Positions 59,519-64,000 of a DNA stretch of 64,000 bases are shown here, piece by piece. The stretch is from a bacterium (GTDB lineage Bacteria; Sysuimicrobiota; Sysuimicrobiia; Sysuimicrobiales; Segetimicrobiaceae). A program made the position numbers and the translations under genes. The stretch lies in the NCBI GenBank assembly GCA_035934535.1, contig DASYXS010000097.1, positions 1,505 to 65,504 on the forward strand, given 5' to 3'. The notes beneath the pieces were generated by a model. The model was not told where the DNA came from. It ran no database searches and worked only from the letters and a program-made list of their open reading frames with translations. Numbering within the stretch: position 1 is the first letter of the stretch; the number at the start of each line of letters is the position of its first letter.

Positions 59519-61315
59519 TCACGCGTCCCGGCCCAGCGTCTCGAGCGTCCCGCGGACCAACTCGCCCGCCTCCCGCAGCGCATCGGCCACACGGTTGCGC
59601 GCGCGGATCGTCGCCACCCACCAGACCTGGAACGCCTCGGAATCCCGCGGGTAGGCCGCCAGCGCCGGGTACGGCACGAGGGACGGGATCATCTGCGTCT
59701 GCCAGGCGTGCCCGTACCGGTCCTGTCCGTAGGCGCCCACCGCGGTGGACGCCACGGGCACGAGCAGGCGCGACAGCCGCAGCATCGTGCCGTTGAGGAG
59801 ATCGGCCGCCGCACCGTCCCCGTCCGAGGCGGTCTGCGCGCGCACCCGGCCGCAGGTCTCGTCGAGCCGCGCCGCGAGGCCGGCGAACTCGCGCGCGCGG
59901 TCCGCGGCGCCGCGCATGTCGATGTCGGGCACGTCGAGCGCGGCCAACTGGTCCAGGCGCTCGGCGAAGCGAGCCGCGATCGGCCGGAACTCGTACGGGA
60001 GCACCGGCTCGGTGAGCAGACCCCACATCCAGCGCGCGTACACCCGGAGGTGCAGCGCCAGCCGGTCCTTGTCGACCTTGTCGAGGGTGTTCTCGATCGA
60101 GTGGTGCCACCACCCGAGGTTGGCGAGGGCGGTCCGCTCGATCTCCTCGTCCGTGAACGACATCTCGCCCGCGAGCGACGGAAGGCCCACGCCGAAGAAT
60201 GAGGAATCGCCGTTTTTCTGCTGGCGCCGCCAGTGGACCGGCATCTCGCCGGCGATCTCGCGGGTCGCGGCGGCGACGTAGTTCTGGATATCGTCGGTCG
60301 AGTGGAGGTGCCACACGGACGAGCCGGCCATCGCCGGCTGGTCGATCTGCAGATAGGCGACGCACGAGCGGCGCAAACGATCCCACTGCACGTCGGCGAA
60401 GCGGGACGAGGAGATCATCGTCCCGGTCTCGTGGCCCATCCACAGACCCGTGACCAGACCGCGTCGCAACGCGTCGCGCACGCGGTGGAATACCCGCGAG
60501 AGCTCCATCATGCAGGCGTCGCCGGCCGCGTTGTCGGTGGCCTGCGGACCGGGCCAGGAGTCCATGTGGCCGCCGAGGAGCAGGAACTGCCGGTCCGCGG
60601 AGGTTCCCGATTCCGCGGTGGTCATCGTCAGACGCTTCCAGACGTTCTCGGCGCGGGCGCGCACCCGCACGCGCACCTGACCCGTCTCGCACAGCCGCCG
60701 GAGGCGCAGCCCCTCGGTGCGCGCGATCCCGACGCACGGCAGGTCCGGCATCTCGGAGGCGAGCGTCTCGGGCGTGGGGTTGCCCCACGCGGACTTCATG
60801 GAACCGAACGGCAGCACGGCGTTCGTCTCGTCGCCCCAGTTCATCATGATCTGCGCGGCAGAGCCGCGCTTCCAGGCGATGTACGCCTTCTCGTGCCGGG
60901 CGGGCGAGTACGACAGCTCGGAGAGCGTGATCTTCCCGCGCACGTCCTTGCCCTCGTACTCCGATTCCGCGCCCGAGCCGACGTAGACCAATTCGCCCTC
61001 CAGGCCGTCGGTCGAGGCCGAGTGCCCCAGCGTGTTGGCGCCGATCGTCCGCGCTTCGGGCGCGAGCACGCACACCTCGCCCGCCTCCGGAAACGAGACG
61101 AGCCCCGGAAACTCGTGCATCCGGCTCTCGAGCCCCGCGCCCGTGAAGGCCTCGTGCGCGTACTCGGCCATCCGCCGCGAGTTGGCCGACCCGGCCAGCC
61201 GCGAGGGGATCTGAGTCGTGATGTGGACGATGTGCGCGTAGGCGTTGTCCACCGAGAGCTCGCGCAGCACGTCGTCGAGCGCGATCTGCGTCTTCCGGAT
61301 CCCCGCCACGCCCAC
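59519..61315 (-). CDS. M28-family peptidase-like protein with PA domain (GCPII / transferrin-receptor-like), paralog 3
   Basis: 598 aa with a GTG start at 61315, or a better-spaced GTG at 61309 after AAGGGGGG. Motifs are GGHMDSWPGPQATDNAAGDACMMELSRVF, LWMGHETGTMISSSRF, GDSSFFGVGLPS and GWWHHSIENTLDKVD. The C-terminal helical domain resembles that of paralogs 1 and 2. Confidence 0.8.
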   Translation of the reverse strand: MGVAGIRKTQIALDDVLRELSVDNAYAHIVHITTQIPSRLAGSANSRRMAEYAHEAFTGAGLESRMHEFPGLVSFPEAGEVCVLAPEARTIGANTLGHSASTDGLEGELVYVGSGAESEYEGKDVRGKITLSELSYSPARHEKAYIAWKRGSAAQIMMNWGDETNAVLPFGSMKSAWGNPTPETLASEMPDLPCVGIARTEGLRLRRLCETGQVRVRVRARAENVWKRLTMTTAESGTSADRQFLLLGGHMDSWPGPQATDNAAGDACMMELSRVFHRVRDALRRGLVTGLWMGHETGTMISSSRFADVQWDRLRRSCVAYLQIDQPAMAGSSVWHLHSTDDIQNYVAAATREIAGEMPVHWRRQQKNGDSSFFGVGLPSLAGEMSFTDEEIERTALANLGWWHHSIENTLDKVDKDRLALHLRVYARWMWGLLTEPVLPYEFRPIAARFAERLDQLAALDVPDIDMRGAADRAREFAGLAARLDETCGRVRAQTASDGDGAAADLLNGTMLRLSRLLVPVASTAVGAYGQDRYGHAWQTQMIPSLVPYPALAAYPRDSEAFQVWWVATIRARNRVADALREAGELVRGTLETLGRDA

Positions 61316-61408
61316 AGCCCCCCTTTAGTCCACCGTCGACCGCTGCCGGGTCACCGCCGGCCGCGTACCCGTGCCATATTCGATCCGGCCGCGACACGGC
61401 CCCGCGGG

Positions 61409-62260
61409 TCAGCCGAGACGCGCCGCCGCCGGGTCGAGGCTCTCGGACAGGCCGTCGCCGGCCACATTGAACCCGAGCACGACCAGCATCAGCGCGATCC
61501 CCGGGATGACCGTGGCGTGCGGTGCCACGCGGATGTAGGCCACCGACGATGCGATCATGGCGCCCCATTCCGGCTCGGGCGGCTGCACCCCAAGGCCGAG
61601 AAAGCTCAGCGTGGCCGCGGTCAGCACGGCGGTGGCGAGGCGCAGCGTCCCCTGCACGATGATCGGGGTCAGGATGTTCGGCAGAATGTGCCGCAGCATG
61701 ATCCGGCGGTTCCGGCCGCCCATCGCGCGGCTCGCGTCCACGTACTCCATGTGCGCGACGTCGAGCGTGCTCCCGCGGGCGAGCCACGCCATCGTCGGCA
61801 CAGAGTAGACGCCGATTGCGAGGATCAGCCGGAAGACCCCGAAGCCGAAGATCGCCACGACGGCGAGGGCGAGCAGGATGCCGGGAAACGCCATCAAGAC
61901 CTCGACTGTGCCGCTGATCAGGGCGTCGAGCCGGCCGCCGTAGTATCCTGCAGCCAGTCCCAGCGGCACCCCCACGGCCGCGGCAAACGCAACCGCCCCG
62001 ACAGAGATCGCGAGCGACGTGCGGGCGCCCCACAGCAGGCGGCTCGCGATGTCGCGGCCCAGCTCGTCGTTGCCGAGCAGGTGGTGGAGCGACGGCGGGC
62101 GCAGCCGGAGGGCGAGGTCGTTCTGGCTGGGATCGTACGCGGCCAACCAGGGCGCCGCGACCGCCAGCGCGACGTACACCCCGATGACCACCAGGCCCGC
62201 CAGCGCGGCACGGTTTCGCAGCAGCCGGTGCAGCGGTGTGGCGCGGGTCCGCTCAGCCAT
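61409..62260 (-). CDS. ABC peptide/opine-type transporter permease (DppC/OppC family)
   Basis: 283 aa with an ATG start. It has the EAA loop YVDASRAMGGRNRRIMLRHILPN and overlaps the upstream permease by 8 nt. Confidence 0.88.
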   Translation of the reverse strand: MAERTRATPLHRLLRNRAALAGLVVIGVYVALAVAAPWLAAYDPSQNDLALRLRPPSLHHLLGNDELGRDIASRLLWGARTSLAISVGAVAFAAAVGVPLGLAAGYYGGRLDALISGTVEVLMAFPGILLALAVVAIFGFGVFRLILAIGVYSVPTMAWLARGSTLDVAHMEYVDASRAMGGRNRRIMLRHILPNILTPIIVQGTLRLATAVLTAATLSFLGLGVQPPEPEWGAMIASSVAYIRVAPHATVIPGIALMLVVLGFNVAGDGLSESLDPAAARLG

Positions 62261-63173
62261 ACGTAATTCGAGGGTTGGCGAGCGCGTACGCGAGATCCAT
62301 CAGGAGATTCACGACGAGGAACGAGATCGCGAACAGAAACAGGCTCGCCTGAACCGCTGGATAATCCCGCGCCAGGATCGCGTCGACGATATGCCGCCCA
62401 AGACCCGGCCACGCGAAGACGGTCTCCGTCGCGACGGCCCCGCCGAGCGCGTAGCCGAAGCTGAGACTGGTCACCGTGATGACGGGGATCAGCGCGTTGC
62501 GCAGCGCGTGCCGGAAGACGACCGCGCGCTCGGACGTGCCCTTCGCGCGGGCCGTCCGCACGTAATCGGCGTGCATCACCTCCGCGACGCCGGCCCGCGT
62601 GATGCGCGCGATGACCCCGAGCGAGAACGATCCGAGAGTAATCGTCGGCAGCACGAGCGCCTGCCAGGAGCCGGCGCCGCCGGCCGGCAGCAGGTCCAAT
62701 TTGAGCGCGAAGACGATGATGAGCAGGAGGCCGAGCCAGAAGGTAGGCACGGACACGCCGAGGAGCGCCAGCACCATCACGAGGGTGCTCATCGGCGACC
62801 GGGGCCGCGCCCCCGCGAGCACCCCGATCCCGATGCCGGCGAGCCCGGCGAACACCACGCTCGCCGCCGCGAGCTCGACGGTGTGCTGGAACGACGGCCA
62901 CGCGTCGGCGAGCGCCGAGCGCCCCGTCTTGAAGGACGTGCCCATGCTGCCGCGTACGAGGCGGCCGAGAAACTCCGCGTACTGCCTGCCGAGCGGCTGG
63001 TCCAGGTCGAGTTGGTGGCGCAGCGCCGCGACCTCCTGCCGGGTGGCCGACGGGTCGAGCATCAACTGGGCGGGATCGCCGGGGATCAGGTGCAGCATCA
63101 GGAACACCAGGGTCACCACGACCAGCGCGACGGGGACCATGTGTAGGAGACGGCGGACGACGTAGGCTGCCAC
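62253..63173 (-). CDS. ABC peptide/opine-type transporter permease (DppB/OppB family)
   Basis: The start is moved to GTG 63171-63173 (VAAYVVRRLLHMVPVALVVV), the family-typical N-terminus. The track extension to 63335 overlaps the upstream gene. It contains YVRTARAKGTSERAVVFRHALRNALIPVIT. Confidence 0.88.
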   Translation of the reverse strand: MAAYVVRRLLHMVPVALVVVTLVFLMLHLIPGDPAQLMLDPSATRQEVAALRHQLDLDQPLGRQYAEFLGRLVRGSMGTSFKTGRSALADAWPSFQHTVELAAASVVFAGLAGIGIGVLAGARPRSPMSTLVMVLALLGVSVPTFWLGLLLIIVFALKLDLLPAGGAGSWQALVLPTITLGSFSLGVIARITRAGVAEVMHADYVRTARAKGTSERAVVFRHALRNALIPVITVTSLSFGYALGGAVATETVFAWPGLGRHIVDAILARDYPAVQASLFLFAISFLVVNLLMDLAYALANPRITYG

Positions 63174-63184
63174 GGCGCGCGTCC

Positions 63185-64000
63185 CTACCGCGGCGCGAAC
63201 AACTCGATCAGCCGGGCCGTCTGACGGCGGGCGGCGGGCCGGAGGATCGGCAGCGTGACCCCGGCCTCGCGGTAGCGCGCGACCCGGCGGACGACCTCGT
63301 CCGGGGTCCCGCTCGCCGTCAGCCCCTCGATCCACGACGTGGGAAATACCCGCGTCACGCCCTCGAGGCCGCCCCGATCGTACGCCTCGCGAAGCAGCGG
63401 CAGGTCTTCCTCGTGGATATGCGGTTCGCCGACCCGCGTGCGCGGCCCGAGCTGCGACGACGGCTTCCCGGGATGGAACTTGCTCGCGACCTCCCAGCGG
63501 ATCGCGTCGATCGCGGCCCCGTGGTCGTCCTCAACCGAGCAGTTCACGATCTGCGCGATTTCGAAGCCGTCCCACGACCGTCCGGAGGCCCGCACCGCCT
63601 CGCGAAGGATTGCGACCGCGTTCGCAGTGTACTCGGGCGACGACACGGCGTTGAGCAGCACGCCGTCCCCGATCCGGCCGGCCAGCCGCAGGCCGGTCCG
63701 GCTCATCGCGGCGATCCAGATCGGCACACGCCGGCGCACCGGCGTCCACCCGAGGCGGACGCCATCGAGGCGCACCGCCTCGCCCCGATAGGTTACCGCA
63801 TCGCCCGTCAGCAGCAAACGGATCGCCTCGACCCACTCCGCGAGCGCGCGCGGCGGATCGAGCTCGGGAAGGCCGTGGTGGACCGCCTGGCCGCGCGTGC
63901 ACGCGCCCGCGCACAGGACGATCCGTCCGCCGGTGAGCTCGTCGAGGGTCGCCGCGGACTGCGCCATCACCACGGGACTGCGCAGCCGGACGATCTGCGT
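63185..64000 (-). CDS. LLM-class (luciferase-like) flavin/F420-dependent oxidoreductase; N-terminus outside the window
   Basis: The frame stays open to base 64000 (...TQIVRLRSPVVMAQSAATLDELTGGRIVLCAGAG...). The sequence is typical of the central and C-terminal part of the LLM TIM barrel. Stop TAG at 63185-63187. Confidence 0.8.
   Translation of the reverse strand, partial: TQIVRLRSPVVMAQSAATLDELTGGRIVLCAGACTRGQAVHHGLPELDPPRALAEWVEAIRLLLTGDAVTYRGEAVRLDGVRLGWTPVRRRVPIWIAAMSRTGLRLAGRIGDGVLLNAVSSPEYTANAVAILREAVRASGRSWDGFEIAQIVNCSVEDDHGAAIDAIRWEVASKFHPGKPSSQLGPRTRVGEPHIHEEDLPLLREAYDRGGLEGVTRVFPTSWIEGLTASGTPDEVVRRVARYREAGVTLPILRPAARRQTARLIELFAPR

Noticed and set aside
57924-62033. A single 1369-aa minus-strand ORF spanning three genes
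   Set aside because: Only the last 527 aa (from ATG 59507, which has its own SD) look like a protein, the AbgB-like enzyme. The upstream 842 aa are Arg/Gly/Pro/Ala-rich. They overlap the well-supported M28 and DppC-like genes in other frames. This is a GC-driven open frame, not a fusion.

Overview
This is a very GC-rich bacterial chromosomal segment. I support 56 conventional protein-coding genes, 48 of them on the minus strand, plus two mini-ORFs that fall below the ORF-track cutoff. I saw no rRNA, tRNA, CRISPR array, transposase, integrase or phage genes. Shine-Dalgarno sites are strong (GGAGG-like). Adjacent genes very often overlap by 4 nt (ATGA/GTGA). GTG and TTG starts are common, so many ORF-track entries carry false N-terminal extensions or are antisense shadow ORFs.

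Content is metabolic and transport:
- three Dpp/Opp-type peptide ABC permease pairs, none with ATPase genes
- a complete liv branched-chain amino-acid ABC operon
- a 7-gene operon: SHOCT protein, OmpR/HK two-component system, TolC, membrane-fusion protein, MacB-type ATPase and permease
- hydantoinase B/A
- three paralogous GCPII-like M28 peptidases and an AbgB-like M20 amidohydrolase
- several SDRs and two enolase-superfamily enzymes

The most interesting region is 41.1-56.4 kb. A larE-larB-larC operon for nickel-pincer cofactor biosynthesis, preceded by an SDR and an EamA transporter, lies directly upstream of a 9-gene translationally coupled operon. That operon combines a Pot-type importer with a GudD-like dehydratase, IolB, a LarA-family homolog, a UxaE-like epimerase and an SDR. 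I read this as a candidate undescribed nickel-pincer-dependent sugar-acid epimerisation or catabolic module.

Immediately downstream, a 550-bp 'empty' gap holds two tandem paralogous 24-25-aa hydrophobic mini-ORFs, each with its own SD site and hairpin or terminator. They may be type I toxins or small membrane proteins.

All family assignments come from reading the translations and from remembered family motifs. No database search was run.
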